From Camelus dromedarius (lineage: Eukaryota), in contig NC_087437.1 in NCBI RefSeq assembly GCF_036321535.1, positions 18,912,001 to 18,976,000 of the forward strand: DNA of 64,000 bases, given 5' to 3'. Positions 25,230 to 39,070 of this stretch are shown here, piece by piece. The notes under the pieces are model-generated. The model was not told the DNA's origin, did not search any database, and saw nothing but the letters and a program-made list of their open reading frames with translations. The stretch's first letter is position 1. The number at the start of each line of letters is the position of its first letter. The position numbers and the translations under genes are program-made.

Positions 25230-26900
25230 GTCATTATTGTCTGTATTTTTACAGGTAATGCTTGTTTGGAGTTAGCTACATGTTTGCATTTTCTTTGCTC
25301 ATCCATTTCTTCCTTCTGAGTTTAATTTCCTTCTTTCCAAAGTATATGGTTCCATAGTGCTTTCAACAAAAGTCTGTGAATAGTAAGTGTTGGTGAAATT
25401 TTAAAATTTCATTCTCCCTGTTAAATGTTAATATAGCTGGATATAGAACACTGAAGTTGACAGTTATTTTTCCTCAGCACATAGGAGATAGGTAAGCCTA
25501 ATTGTTCCTTTGTAGGTAATGTCTCTGTTCTCTTTAGCTGCTTTTAAGATTTTATTTTAATGTTTTGCATTTTAATATGATATGTCTAGGCCTGGACTTA
25601 TCTTCTTATAATCTGGGGATTGGGGTGATTCTTCCTTATGAAGATTCATAGTTTTCATCATTTCCGAGAATTCTTGGCTGCTATATCTTTTAATACTACC
25701 TTTCCCCATTCTTTTTGTTCTTTACTATTACAAGTTTATTGGGCCTTCTCATTCCCTCTTCTTTTTCTCTTAATTATCTTTTGTATTTTCCATCACTTTC
25801 TCTCTCCGTATCTTATGAGTGATTTCCTTACAACTATTTTCTAATTCAGTAATTTTCTTCTCGGCTCCATCTAACCTACAATTTTACCCATCCATTGAAA
25901 TTTTTATTTTGATAATGATATTTTTTCATTTCTGGAAGTTTTATTTGGTTCTTTAAAAAAAAACTGCCTAGTATTTCATTATAGTTTCTGTTCCTTCTCT
26001 TTTTCTCTTTTATTATTTTTAAACATAGATGTTTTATGGTCACTTAGGATGTTCAATTATCAGAAGCTCTCGGGATGCCACTTCTCCTGTTTGTTGTGTC
26101 TGAAAACTTACTCCTGGTAAACTTTCTTCTTTTTTTTAGGCTTTTTTTAGGGGGCGGTTAGGTAATTAAGTTTATTTATTTTTTTTAAATAGAGGTACTA
26201 GGGATTGAACCCAGACTTTGTGCAGCTAGGCAGGCACTCTACCACTGAGCTATGCCCTCCCCCACTCCTGGTAAACTCTTCTTTGTGTGATCTGCCATTT
26301 TCTTTGGTGATTTCTTTCCCTGTGGGAATCTTGTACTGCCCGAGTTGTAGGAATGACCCAACAGAGAGGTTTTATTTTGGTTTTGCCAGGTGCCCTGGAA
26401 GTATCAGCAGCTTGGGATCTATTTTTTGTTTATATGTTAATTTTTTGGCTTAGGATTGCTGCACAGTGTGGGTGGTATAAGTCCAACTCTAAATCATCAC
26501 GTGGTGCAAGCTTGGTGTTTTGATTTCTTATGGGAGACCGGGAAGAGAAAAGCTTTATTGCTGTGTCTTTGGGCTGGTAAGGAAGTTTTTCTAACCTTCT
26601 GTTCACTAAGGGTAAAGCACTTGAAAAGTCTTGACTTTATGTAGGATTCTCACTCCTAATTTGGTCTCTTGTCTCTGTAAGAGGGTGAGAACTGAAGCAT
26701 CCTACCTTTAGAGCTATTTTGCAGTGTGTAAGCCCGCTGTGCCTTATCTAGGGTTTCTTCAATGTCATTTCACGTGCTCCTCTCTGACTTTTAGTTCCCT
26801 CTGTTTCTGGTGTTTTGGGATTTTTCTTTCTTGAGAGCTAGAAGTTGAAAAAAATGGATTTTTTATTAGTTATTTTTAAATCTAGGGTTTCCGTGAGTTT
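25230..26900 (-). mobile_element. Ancient L1M fragments
   Basis: T-rich, with tagctgcttttaagatttt and tgatatgtctagg motifs. Confidence 0.55.
26124..26263 (-). mobile_element. Vic-1-like tRNA-derived SINE with 14-bp TSD
   Basis: Sense strand reads GGGGGAGGGCATAGCTCAGTGGTAGAGTGC...GGGTTCAATCCCTAGTACCTC plus an A-rich tail. TSD actcctggtaaact at 26110-26123 and 26264-26277. Confidence 0.85.
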
Positions 26901-27159
26901 GTAATGGAAGACTCTTCTTTTTTTTTTTAATAGCTTCAGGTCACAATGGACCTTTCCAAGCCCTTTGCATATCTTCTCTCATATCATCCTCACAAGAACT
27001 CTGTGATAGATGTTATTTATCCACTTCCTTTTATGCATTACGACACTGAGACTCGGCAAGTTTAAGTCTTGTCCTAGATCAGACAGGTAGGAAATGGCCC
27101 TGTCAAGATTTGAAACCCATTTCTCTGATTCTATTTAATGTAACATTTAGGAAGTTATT

Positions 27160-28100
27160 GATAATGATCCCCTCCCCCCATCATTTCATTCTGAAGATCT
27201 TTAAACATAATACATGTACATACTAACCACCCACATTCTACAATGATCATTTTGCTATGTTTGCTTTATTATATATCTATCCATTTACTCATACTTCTAT
27301 TCATTGGTCTGTTCATCTTCTGTTTTGATACATTTCAGAATAAATGTATCATTGCATGATAGATTGCAGACATTAGTATACTTCATCCCTAAACAGTTCA
27401 GCATGCATATCATTAACTAGAATTAAATATTTATTTATGGTCCTTTTCCCCCCTAGATATAAATGAGCTGATATTAACTCTACCATCCATGAGTTTTGAC
27501 TAAAGTGCACACCAGTGTAATCAAGATACAGAGCATCATCATCTCTGCAGGAAGTTCCCTACTCCCCCTTCCCAGTCAGTCCCTGCTCCTGCCCTGAGGC
27601 AACCACTTTTTTGGTGTTTCCCCCATGGATTAGTTTTGCCTGTTCTAGAAAGTCATGTAAATGGATTCTTTTGAGTAATATTTCATTCAGAATAATCTTG
27701 AGATTCATTCATGTTGTGTGTGTGTGTATCAGTAGTTTGTTCATTTTTATTGCTGAGTAGTATTTCACTGTTTGGCTATAGTATAGTTAGTTTGCCCATT
27801 CTTCTATTAGACTCCTGAGCTGTATCCAGTTTTTAGATATCAGTTTTTAGATAAAGCTGCTATGAACATTAAAACATTTATTTTTATTATTTTATTTATT
27901 TATAGTCATTGAAGTATATTTGATGTGCAATATTATACATTAAAGGTATACAATATAATGATTCACAATTTTTAAAGATTATACTCCATTTATAATTATA
28001 AAATATTAACTATGTTCCCCATGTTGTACAATGTATCCTTGTAGTTTATTTTATACATAATAGTTTGTATCTCTTAATCCCCTACCCCTATATTGCCCCT
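27160..28100 (-). mobile_element. LINE-1 3' fragments of two ages
   Basis: ttagttttgcctgttctagaa, tttttattgctgagtagtatt and attgaagtata motifs. Confidence 0.65.
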
Positions 28101-28249
28101 CCTATGGGCACTTTTTATAAATATTGTCATTTTAACACTTTCTGTGACATGGGGGTGAGAAGCCCTGACTCTAGAAGGGGGGATGATTGGATTGCATGGA
28201 CAGGAGGCATGTGTGCACACAAACAATCCATATCCACACTGCAGCCGTA

Positions 28250-28770
28250 GTGGGTCTTGAATTATGCCAACCAGATGCTCTTACTCTAGGGGCTTGTTGG
28301 GGGAGCCCTTGAGGGCAACGGTAAATCCTTACCTTGGCCTATAAAGTCCAGAGTGGTCTGGCTCTGCCAGCCCCCAGCCTCCTCTCAGGAGCTCTCCCTG
28401 GGCTACCTGTGCTCCAGTCACCCTGGCATCTCTCCTTCCCAGCTTATGCCATTCTCTGCATCTGGAGGACTCCCTGTGCCCACCTGCCACTCAGCGCCCT
28501 GCTTTCTCTTAGTTAACATTGTTTCATCCTTCAGGACTGAGCCCCACACAGGGCAAGTTCTCCTGGTACAGTTCTACTGCATTTATCACTATTTATGCTT
28601 ATATATTTCTCCAATTTGACCCTTAGTGTCTGTTTCTCCTCTTACTCCATAAGCATCACGCAGGCAAGGGTCATGTCTGTTTTGTGCACTGTTATATTCT
28701 CTGTGCTGTAACAGAGGTCAGCACATAGTAAGTGCTCCGTAAAAGCTTGTGAAGTGAACATGTGAGGCAT
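28250..28770 (+). mobile_element. L2 fragment
   Basis: accttggcctataaag...tcatccttcagg...cagcacatagtaagtgctc. Confidence 0.55.
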
Positions 28771-31700
28771 TTTGATAGCATAAGCATGTGGCTTGTAGTC
28801 AGAACTGAGGCTGAATTCTATTTCTACACCTTGGCAAGTTGCCCTCTCTCTGAGCTGAAGTTTCCCCATCTGAAAAATGGGTCTCATAACTGCCTCTCAG
28901 AGCTGTTGGGAGGACTTGGAAAGTGCTGGGCAAATAGCAGGTGCTTGAGCCCTGATAACTATCATAGTAGCATCTTTGACGCAAAGCCAGGAGCACACTT
29001 GTTCACGGGCAGCTTGTGCTCTTGGTGACTGGCGACAGCTGGCCTCAGTGTCTGGGGTCAGTCTGGGCCACGGGTTGGGGCTCAGCGTCTCCTTACCCCT
29101 CGTGGTGAGAGTGACGCTGGAACTGGGGTTGAGAAGGTCACTGTGCCATTTGGCAGCTGCCACCAAGACCTTGGAGTGAAGACAGCCCTGGGGCACTGCC
29201 AGTCACTAGTCTCTGCCTCGGCAGCAGAGGGGACCAGCAGGGAGCCATGGAAACAGGGGTGGGAGGGAGGCCAGGTGGTCCCAGGAAACTGCAGCCCTGG
29301 TTGGCAGGCGAGAGAGGAGCTGATGAGAATGTCAGGGCTCTGGAGGGGATAGGGTTTCTGCCGCCCTCAGCTACCCTAAGCCGCCTCTGCTGTTTTCCAG
29401 AGGGACCCAATTACCACCCCGTTGTGGAGCCAGGGCCGCCAGAGATCCTGGAGAGATAGGGGAGGCCCCCAGCAGGGCAGCGGGGGCCTTTTAAGCTCGT
29501 TAACCTTACACCTGTTCCTGATCATCTGAGTTGGGGGCCTGGTTTGGGGGGAAATGTTAGGACTTCTGAACTGGCCCCTCAGGTCACCACAGAGCCTAAG
29601 GCTTTCAAAGTGTTCTCAGAAGCACCAACTCATTTGATCTTTTTCTCAGCTTAAGAACTACCTGAAAGGCTTTGTTGGCCTCTTTGGACAGTGTCCCTGT
29701 GGTCCAGAGAGAGGGAAGCCACTTGGCTACAGTCACCTGGCGAGCAAGGGATCTAGGACTTCTGCCTCTGAAGAACTTCTTCCCTGTGCTACTTGGTCAG
29801 CCAGTCAACATACAGCAAGGCTCTCCAGCTTGCCACAGGCCCTGCCATGCCCTGGGGTATGTCACCACCTCATTGATGTCACCTACCTGGTCCTTGAAGA
29901 TATCTGAACGCAGCCCCTGCCCAGCAGGTGGCATGTGCCAGCTTCATCCTGGGTACTGTGTAGGGCACAAGAGAAGGTGGACTGTTCTCTGCTCCCAAGG
30001 AGCGGATGGCCAGATCTGCCTTCTGACAAAGCAGTGAATAATGTTGTGTATACCGTTAGGAGGCCGTGTGATGTCTGGCCTGAGGGCGCTGAGCTGGGTC
30101 TCCATGGGGGACTGAGAGAAGGGAAGGTGTTCCAATGGGGAGCCTCCACCAGCCCATGTCGGGAGGAAAGAAAGGATTAGGGTTTCACAGGATAGAGAGA
30201 AGGCTTTTCTGTGTAGAGTGGAGGGACGCCTGGAGTTACATGGCTTTGAATCCATTCATACGTCAAATGTTTACTGAGAACCTACTTACTGTGTGTCAGA
30301 CACCTAGTGGGCACTCTGCACACCTTATCTGATTTCATCTCAGTATAGCCATGGAGGTAGATGCTTTTCTCATTTCACAGATAGGCAAGTATGAGTATAA
30401 AGAGGAGGTCTGTTGAAGTTAAATGACTTGCTCAAGCCCAGTGACCCATGCTTTTCCTAGACGGAAGGCTTCTGGGCAAAGGCGAGTGTTGGGTATGTAT
30501 GAGGGCAGACGAGAGGATAAGCCTAGGAGGCATGAGAGGTGGTGGAACTGGGTGAATGGAGGCAAGGGGGCAGGACCAGGCTGGCCACGCGGGGCACTCA
30601 GGGGGGTAAGACTTCCTGTTCTACCTGCAGAACTTCCTGTTCTGGCCCCATCCCTCCATCAGGGGCCTTGTTTGACCACTTGAGGCCCAGCTGTCTCCTC
30701 TGACAAGCTCATCTCCTCTTCTTCTGGCCCCCTGCAGGCATTCTGCTTCTGCTGGGCACCTTTCCAATTTCCAGCCTTTACGTTTGCTGTTCCCCCACCT
30801 GAATGTCATCCCCTCTCCTCTCCACCTGCCCAAATCCTGCCTGTCCCTTCATGATTCCCTGGGAATTACAGCCCCTCCAGGAAGCCTACTCTGACCTTTA
30901 CTGGAATCTCTCTCTGTCCTCTGAGCTCTGCTTCTCCTGGTTCTGAGCTGAAGTTGCCTGGGCCCCTTTCTAACATCTGAGTCATCTCTCCAGTTTGTAA
31001 GCTCCACACGTTCTGAAAGGAGTTGCAGCTCCAGCCTGCTCCCTGCCTGCCCCACAAGCCTCAGTGACAGTGGTAGACCTTTGACAAAGCATTTGCTGCA
31101 GGCTGGGCAAGGGGCCAAGCCCTTCGCACACATTTCCAGAGTTAGTCCTCATTAAAGTACTGGATCCTGACTGTCCCCGTGGTGACTTGGAGAGATGACT
31201 TAAACAAGGTCCTTGCTCATGGATCAGACGTGTGAATGCAAGATAGTGTGGGCCTGGCGAGGTGACTGGTCCCTTTGCAGATGCTTTATAACATACCCCC
31301 TCCTGTTTTTCTGCTTTTTCTTCTGTATGCTGGTGGGGTGCATGTGTGTGTGACAGGGGATCCCCATAAACCCATCTCTACCTTTAATCAACTTCTACTA
31401 GGAAGGTGAGCCTGGTGGCCACGGCCTGAATGGTACCCATCTCTCGGGGTCAAAATAAACCCATCTGGGGCTATGCTGAGGGGATTGTGGGGCTCTTTCA
31501 CCAGCCCTGCTGCCTGCAGCTGAGGTGTGCAGCTCCAGGGAAGCCCTCAGCCTGGGGCCTGGCCCCACTGAGGCCCTGAATCCCCCATCCTCCTGCCCAG
31601 GTGGGATGAACCAGCCTGGAGGCAGGCAGCAGAACAGGAATGCAACCTTCTGGCTGGCTCCCGACAGGGCATCTCTGGGAGGCCCCCCAGTTCCTCCAGG

Positions 31701-32499
31701 CCAGGGCTCTGCTGGGGAAGCCGGGGATTAGCCTAAGTCCGCTGAGAATCCTGTTTTTCTTAGCCTCACACAGATTGCTCTCTAGGAAAGACCCCTCATC
31801 TAATTAGCCTGAGTCAACAGCTCCATTTATTTGGACACGTGGTGTTATGAGACAGGCTGCTGCTGGGGTGTTTGTGTACTGCATATCTGGGCTGCCCCTC
31901 CAGGATGGCATTGGGAGGGAGGCTCCACGGGCTGCCTGGGCCTGGCTGACAGCGCAGCCTGAGAGGGGCTTCAGCTGAGTCTGGAAGGGAGGCTGCAGGT
32001 TTGCCAGCGAGGCGGGAACTGCTCACTCTCAGGTTTCATAATAAGAAAGTGACCCACGAAGTGTCCCCACATCCAGCTTCCTTGCCCGTTTGTGGTTTTG
32101 AACCAAAATAAAGTGGAGGCCCTTTGATGGAAACTCCTTCCTCTGTTCCCAGTCAGAATCAAGAGGGACTTCTACAAGGGGCTTTTGATGGTGACAGCTC
32201 CTTTACTGCATCCATAAGTATCCAGGACTTTTGAGAAAAAAATGAGTAATAATAGGTACTATTTATTAAGCATTTACTATGTGCAGTGGGCTAAGCGTAT
32301 TATAAATCACACACACAGCTTGTCTTCTCTCTCTTCCCTCACACTGTTATCCTTCTCGGCCTGTGAAAGTGGAAGCCCCCTCACTCTCTCCCACCTTCCC
32401 CTCCCTCTGCTCTTCCTGGTCTCCCAGCTTTGGGATTTATCCTTCCACATTCTTTTCTATGCATTTATATACATATACATCATATATTATTTTCTAACC

Positions 32500-32650
32500 A
32501 TAAAAACAACCCTTCAAGGAAAGTACTGTTATCCCCATTTCACAGATGAGAAAACTAAAGCTGAGAAGCTAAGGAACTTGCCCAGGGCACATGGCCGGGA
32601 AGGAGCAGAGCTGGGTTTTAAATCCACGCCTGTGCGACTCCAGAGACTGA
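32500..32650 (-). mobile_element. MIR SINE
   Basis: tatccccatttcacagatgagaaaactaaagct...aacttgcccagggcac. Confidence 0.8.
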
Positions 32651-34509
32651 CAGGAAACCTTTTTCCTCAGGCACCACCCTAACCTCCAGCAGGTCACAGA
32701 CTTTGGTCTTAGTCAGTTGTAGTATGCCTCTTACCTGGTCCCCTTCCTACCGCCCCTTCTCTGTGCTGTTACTGTTTTTGTCAAATGGATTAGTCAGGGT
32801 GGCCATTTGTAACACTGAGCCACGTGGAGGTCACCCTGAATAAGAGGGGCAGGAGCTCTGCCCTGCTGCCTCCTTCCCGTCCCCTGGCCTGGAATTACTG
32901 CCAACCTAACTATTTCACCTGGACCACTTTCCAAAACAAGAAGTGCCAGCAAGGGTGGTATGGCCACCTTCCCCAGAGTATGGTTGATCAGCGTGCACAC
33001 ACCCTAGACCACAGAGCACCTGGGGCTGCATGCTCATCCCTTTTTGGACAAATTGAACAGTTCAGCACAGAGTTTCAGGGCGCTTATCACACGTGGGGAG
33101 TCTGGAAAGGCAGCTGGTTGTTGCCTACTCCTGCCTAGGAGATAAACCCAATAGAAGGAACAGGCCCTTAAAAGTTTCCCTCTTTATAGTAGGTGTTCCT
33201 GGCCAGGAACTGCTGTGTGTGTAAGCTACTGAAACTAATTCTCACAACTGATGTAGGCTAGAAAAGCAGGGAACTTGGGAGAGGCAGGAGTCAAAGAGCC
33301 ATTACTTGATGGATTGAAAAAACAAATTCCAGTGCTGAGCCTGGAAGCTTCTTAGAAAAGGTAATGGGACCTTTTTTCCTGTTGAACTTTCAAACCTTTC
33401 TGACCCTGCACTCTGAGCTCTGGAGTTTATCAGGGACACCGGGGGCCAGGCGTGTAGCACGACTAAAGTTACTGGGACAAAGCTGGAGGCAGGTCAGCCC
33501 TCCACAGGGGTGTCCCAAGGGCCTGCAGGCAGCCACTGCCACCAAGAACTTCTAAGGCCAAGAAGGGGAAGCCTTGAAACCAAACATCCCTGCACGGGTC
33601 CAAGCAAATGTGTTCCTCATCAAGGCAGATACAAACAAAGTTTATTAAAAAGCCTTCTAAAGGACATTCCAAATCACCAGCAGGGCTCTGTGAGGTGACC
33701 ATCCATTCTCCTGTGGACTCTCATTCCAGTCTTGTTGGAGCTTTTCAAACACCAAGTCACCAATGTGTCCAGCTAGGAAAATAAACAGGGGGCTCCAGTG
33801 GGCAGTCCTGTAGCTCAGGGTGACCCGGCTCTCAGTGAAGGCTGCACTTTCTGACACCACAGCCAGCAGGGTTGATAGAAATGACCCGGGAATCAGGGAC
33901 AAACAGGGCAATGAGGCTTCTTGGCCTGTGGGGTGGGCCCTGCCCCCCATGTTCTAATGGCAGCCCACCAGGCAGAGGAAGCACCCTGCACTTGGAAAAA
34001 TGGCGGCTTAGTACAGTGGATTGAGCTCTGGACCAGAAAAAGTCACGTGCCTCCTGGGAGAGAGGAAGCCTCTGCCCCCAAGTAACTGGAAGTTTCCTCA
34101 TCTGATTCCCAAAGCATGTCGAGTACCCCGTGGAACCTAGAGCCCTGTGGAGCACAGTTTATCACTTAAAACTAAAATTCTGTGATTTTGAAGATTTCAG
34201 GTATTTAAGCTAAGATTCTATGATTTTAAAATAATTTGAATATGCAAGTGGACAAGCAAGTTGTGAACCACAGCATACTGCAGTACAAGTACCAGGGACA
34301 GGGAGAGCTCTGTCTTGAGAGTCAGGCCTGCGTTGCCACTGCCTGCCTGTGTCACTGTGGGCAACTTCATTGCCTAAACTCCCAGAACCTCATACAGAAC
34401 GATATGGTAGTTGCCTCATGCTATAGATGTGAGCATCTGTGCTAAAGTCTGAACTGGTGCAGAGTCAGACATGGAGTTGGTACTTAATAAGTGGCAGCTA
34501 TTGTTATTT

Positions 34510-34578
34510 TTTTATCTTATTTTTTTAAATTGAAGCATAGTCAGTTTACAGTGTTGTGTCAATTTCTGGTGTGCAGCA
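34510..34578 (-). mobile_element. Extremely 5'-truncated L1 (about 70 bp) with TSD
   Basis: ttgaagcatagtcagtttacagtgttgtgtcaatttctggtg is the L1 3' terminus. TSD agct(a/g)ttgttattt at 34496-34509 and 34579-34592. Confidence 0.75.
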
Positions 34579-34879
34579 AGCTGTTGTTATTTGTTGGATA
34601 GTCCTCCATCCCTGCCTCTGCTTGACATTTTGGGGAAACAAGGGGGTATCCAGAGAATAAAGGAGTGAGGGGAGGAAGAGAGAGAGCCCAGGGAAGGTAG
34701 GAGGGACTTTGCTGCTGATAAAAGTTCCATCTGCAATGATTCACTGAGAGCTTTCTACGAGTGAGTATTGTGTGTGGAGGTCCTAGTCCTGTTGTGACAG
34801 TCCCACACTGCAGGTTTTCTTACCAGGGAGGAAACTGAAGCTCAGAAAGCTTTGGTGATGGCCCAGTCCCAAGGTCTAG

Positions 34880-35227
34880 GCTAAGGACTGAATCCTTGTT
34901 CCCTCCCCCCAATTCATATGTTGAAATCCTAATGCCCAATGGGATAGAATTAGGAGGGGCCTTTGGGAGGTGACTAGGCCACAAGGGCAGAGCTTTCATG
35001 AGTGGAATCAGCCATTATAAAAAGTTCCTTTGCCCCCCCACCATGTGAGGACACAGTGACAAGGCACAGGTTCTGTGCCAGGAAGTGGGCTCTCATCAGA
35101 CACCAGATCCGCTGGTGCCTTGATCTTGGACTTTCCAGCCTCCAGAACTGTGAGAAAGAAATGTTTGCTGTTTATAAGCCATCCAGTCTATGGTGTTTTG
35201 TGATAGCAGCCTGAACGGACTAAAACA
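34880..35227 (+). mobile_element. MLT1A-like MaLR solo LTR
   Basis: aattcatatgttgaaatcctaa...ccatgtgaggacacag...ccttgatcttggactttccagcctccagaactgtgag...tagcagcctgaacggactaa. Confidence 0.85.
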
Positions 35228-35492
35228 GCCTGTAAGAGAAGGAGCTGGGACTCAGGCTGTCTGATGCACACGTCTGGCCTCTTGGTCCCTAAGGGTCACA
35301 GATCCCCAATGCCAAGGTGAGGAGTGCCCTCCTTCTAAGTCAAAGATGGTCTCAAAACAAAGTTACCAAACCAGAGCTGCCAACTACAATGCTTGAGAAG
35401 CCCTGTCTGTTATGATGTTATGTACAAGGCCAGGGGATGATTTTGCTAGTTTGAGAATCCCAGCTTTCTTGGTTCTAAACTAGTGATTCTCA

Positions 35493-35963
35493 CTACTCAG
35501 CCATAAAAAAGAATAAAATAATGCCATTTGCAGCAACATGGATGGACCTGGAGATTGTCACTCTAAGTGAAGTAAGCCAGAAAGAGAAAGAAGAATACCA
35601 TATGAGATTGCTCATATGTGGAATCTAAAAAAAAAAAAAAAGAAGAAGAAGAAGAAAAGAGGACGTTATGAACTCATCTACAAAACAGAAATAGACCTGC
35701 AGACATAGTAAACAATCTTAGGTTTACTGGGGAAAGAGGATGGGAAGGGATAAATGTGGGAGTTTGAGATTTGCACATGTTAACTACTATATATAAAAAC
35801 AGATGGAAAAAACAAGTTTCTTCTGTATAGCGTGGGGAACAATATTCAGTATCTTGTAATAACCTTTAATGAAAAAGAATATGAAAATGAATATATGTAT
35901 GACTGGGACATTGCACTGTACACCAGAAACTGACACATTGTAACTGCTGTACTTAAAAAAAAA
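35493..35963 (+). mobile_element. 5'-truncated L1 with A tail and TSD, inserted at the end of a MER5
   Basis: tactcagccataaaaaagaat...gcaacatggatggacctggag. TSD agtgattctca at 35482-35492 and 35964-35974. Confidence 0.9.
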
Positions 35964-36120
35964 AGTGATTCTCAACCCTGGCTGCACGTTAGTAGCACCT
36001 GGGGAACTTTGAAAAGTTCCCACTGCAGATCAATTACATCAGCATCTTAGGGTGGGGCCAGGCAGCAGTATCCTGTTAAGCTCCCTGGTGACTCTAAAGA
36101 GCACCCAGACCTGAGAACCT
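35964..36120. mobile_element. MER5-like hAT-Charlie element
   Basis: agtgattctcaaccctggctgcac...cacctgggga...ggtggggcc...ctccctggtgactct...tgagaacc. Confidence 0.7.
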
Positions 36121-36439
36121 CTCCAAAGGGAAACAGCTGGTTTTGGAGCTCTGGTTCCCTTCCACTGAGGGGTAGGAGGGAGGACTGGGAGTGGCGGAGG
36201 TTTTGAGGCAGGGATGGGGCATGAGTGGGGAGGCAGTAAAAGGGGAGAGATTAAAGGCTGACAAAGAATGTGTGGGGTGTGGGACATGGAGGCTCAGACA
36301 GGTTGAGTAACTGGATTCAGGTTGCACACAGGGTACGGGGCAGAGCTGGAAATCACACCATTGAAATGGTGGCAAAATTATTGGAGTCTCTTGTTACTGG
36401 AGGGGCTCCAAGGCTAGCTCAGGGGTAGAACTCCCAAGA

Positions 36440-36945
36440 GCTATTTCTGCATCCAGTTCTCTGCTTAATCTGTCCTTTTTACCCAGTCAGCCAGCCTCAT
36501 CCACCCCAGGGCTTCCATCATCACCTGACTCCCAAATTTGTATTTTCAGACCGGACTATTTCTTGGAGCCTCAAACCTGTACTGTAGCGACTCATCTGAC
36601 ATCTCTCTTGGATGACTCCCAGGCATCCCAAGTTTCACACACCCAAGACTAAACTCATAAAGCACCTCCACCCGCAGCCTCGTTCTTCTCTGGGGTCCCA
36701 AGCCCAGCCAATGGCACTAGGCATCATGCTGGACTCCTCCCTCCCTCACCATCATCTCTGGCAGTTTGTTCTTTTTATTTTTAATTTTTTTGTAATTTAT
36801 TTTTGCTTACATGAATGTTCGTTTTATGTCTGCCTCCCCCATTAGCTTATATAGGGGCAGGGACTCGCATTTTTAATGACTTTTGTGTTCCTAGCACCTG
36901 GGCCTCAAGGAACACTTGTTGGATACCTAAGTGAGTGAATAATGT
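36440..36945 (+). mobile_element. L2 fragment
   Basis: gactcccaaatttgtatt...acatctctcttggatg...catcatgctggactcctccct. Confidence 0.6.
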
Positions 36946-37869
36946 TATTTTAAACTTTTAATTCATTTTGAAAGCTGTTGATATAATGGCTGCTCCATTA
37001 GAACTTGATACTTTTCAGGCTGCAATCAGGGATGATGTGCTTAGATGACTGTGCATTCCATGAGGTCTAGGGGCAAAGGAGTCTTGTCTATGGAGCTGAA
37101 CAGAGGGTCTGAGGGAACCACATGCTCTGAGATGAGATACAGCCACACAGTAGGACAGATGAATACACACACACACACATACTTGTATCCATTGTTGGTC
37201 AGCTCTTTCTTGCCTACTCCACAGACATTATCTTTATTTGGAGAATCAATTATGAAATCAATCCTTCACTATTTCTCCAATAATGTAGCTAATAAAAAGA
37301 AAAGCTATTTTGATGGTGTCTGGTTTTCAGCTAAAAGGAGGGTCAAAACAGCAATTTTATCAGCTGCCCTTTGAAAGTGCTTCTCTTGGTCACAGCAGTT
37401 CACAGGGGGAAACACGATGATTCCAGCCCCATTCTTGATATTGGCTCCTGCCTAAGGTGACAGATTGTATTACCTCTGGACCAGGACATCTGTGGGTAGA
37501 CAGCAAGGTCAAGTCAAGGTTACACCATGCTGACTGTCATTGGAGCATGGCCCAGCCCTCCTCCTTTGCCTGTTTCAGTGAAATGCCAGTTAAAATGGCA
37601 GGTTTCTGGGATTCTGGCAGGAGCGGGCTGTGGGAAGAAGCCCCAGGCCCTGGGCTTTAGGTGCAAGCTCTTTCAAAACCTCCTCTCCTAAGATTCCTCT
37701 CCAAGAAGACTGACTCAGCCACATGGTGGCAACTGTGGCTGTTGTTCCTGCTCCAAACAGATGGAAGGCCCTTGAGGGCAGAGCCCATGGTCTTGCCTTG
37801 CCCCACCTTCATTGTCTGGGCCTTTATGGATGCTTAGGAATTCTTTAGGCAGCGGGAGAGGTATGACCA

Positions 37870-38075
37870 AGGAGTTGTTAGAACGTAAGTACTGGACTCA
37901 GAGAGACTAAGTCTGACTCCTGGACCTACCACTTCCTGGCTGAGAACTTTGGGCAAGTTACTTAACATAACTAGCCTCAGTTTTCTCACCTGTAACATGG
38001 GGACCATAATAGTAGTTATCTTACTTGCATAACGTTTGTGAGGATTCAATGAGATGATGCATATAAAGCACAATG
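37870..38075 (+). mobile_element. MIR SINE
   Basis: ttgggcaagttacttaac...gcctcagttttctcacctgtaacatgggg...gtgaggatt. Confidence 0.8.
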
Positions 38076-38849
38076 AATGTCTGTCTGTGGAATGAATGAG
38101 GCTGGGGGTGCCCCTCCTTCTTGAATGAGGGGGTCAGAGAAGATGCTGACACACCGGGAACCACTGGAGGTGGGGTCTTGGATCTTCTAAGCTCACTGTT
38201 CCTTTTTCTGATTTTCAGAAATAGAAAATAGAGCCCACAGCCTTTTACTAATACTTTTTATTTAAGCATATTCTTGGGGGCTCTTAATTTAAAAAAAGGC
38301 ATTTAAAGGAAACCCAATTGTTCTTAGGCACCAAAGGGTAAATGAAAGCACACTGTTTCACTTTCTTAGGTTAAAACTCCAACCACCCTGCTTTGATGTG
38401 CTGACAATCCCTAATGAGGTCAGGAAAGCAGTGACCGCTTCAGCAGGTGCTCTAAAGAGGTTCTTGTGCACAGCCAGGCCCTCCCATCACTGTCAGCACA
38501 GCTGGGAGAGACCCCATCTGATCCAGTGTGTCCTGGCTTGGAAGAGCTCTGCTGATTTATGGCTACTTCTTAGGCTGCCATCTTGTGGCAGCTGTTCTGA
38601 GGTGAGTCTGCCTGTGGGTAACGGGCTTCCTGACTTCTCCAAAGGCCCTCTCCCTTGTGGTTTATATAGCATTTGCATACATTTGCATATGGGGCTCTGG
38701 GGTCCTAACTCCAGCTGCAGGAAAAATGAAATGAACAAGATGGTTTCAGAATGGGACCTTCTCCAAGAGGAACATCCAGGCCAGCACTGGGTGGCAGGTA
38801 TCCAGGTGATATGCCCAGGGCAGTGGTGCCAGGGCAACAGTAAGAGCCA

Positions 38850-39070
38850 CCATTTATTGAGCATTTACTACATGTCAGACATGGCTTAGCACTTCCTATA
38901 TACGATTTCATTTAATACTATAATGACAAGCCCTGCTATCTCTCCATTTTACAGATGAAGAAGCTGAGGCATGGAGAGGTTAAGGTACTTGCCCAAAGTT
39001 ACCGAGGTAATGTGTGGTAGAGTTGGGGCTCAAAATAAGGTCTTTTTGACCCCAAACCATGTGTTTTAAG
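38850..39070 (-). mobile_element. MIR SINE
   Basis: catttattgagcatttacta...ccattttacagatgaagaagctgaggc...agaggttaaggtacttgcccaaag. Confidence 0.85.
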
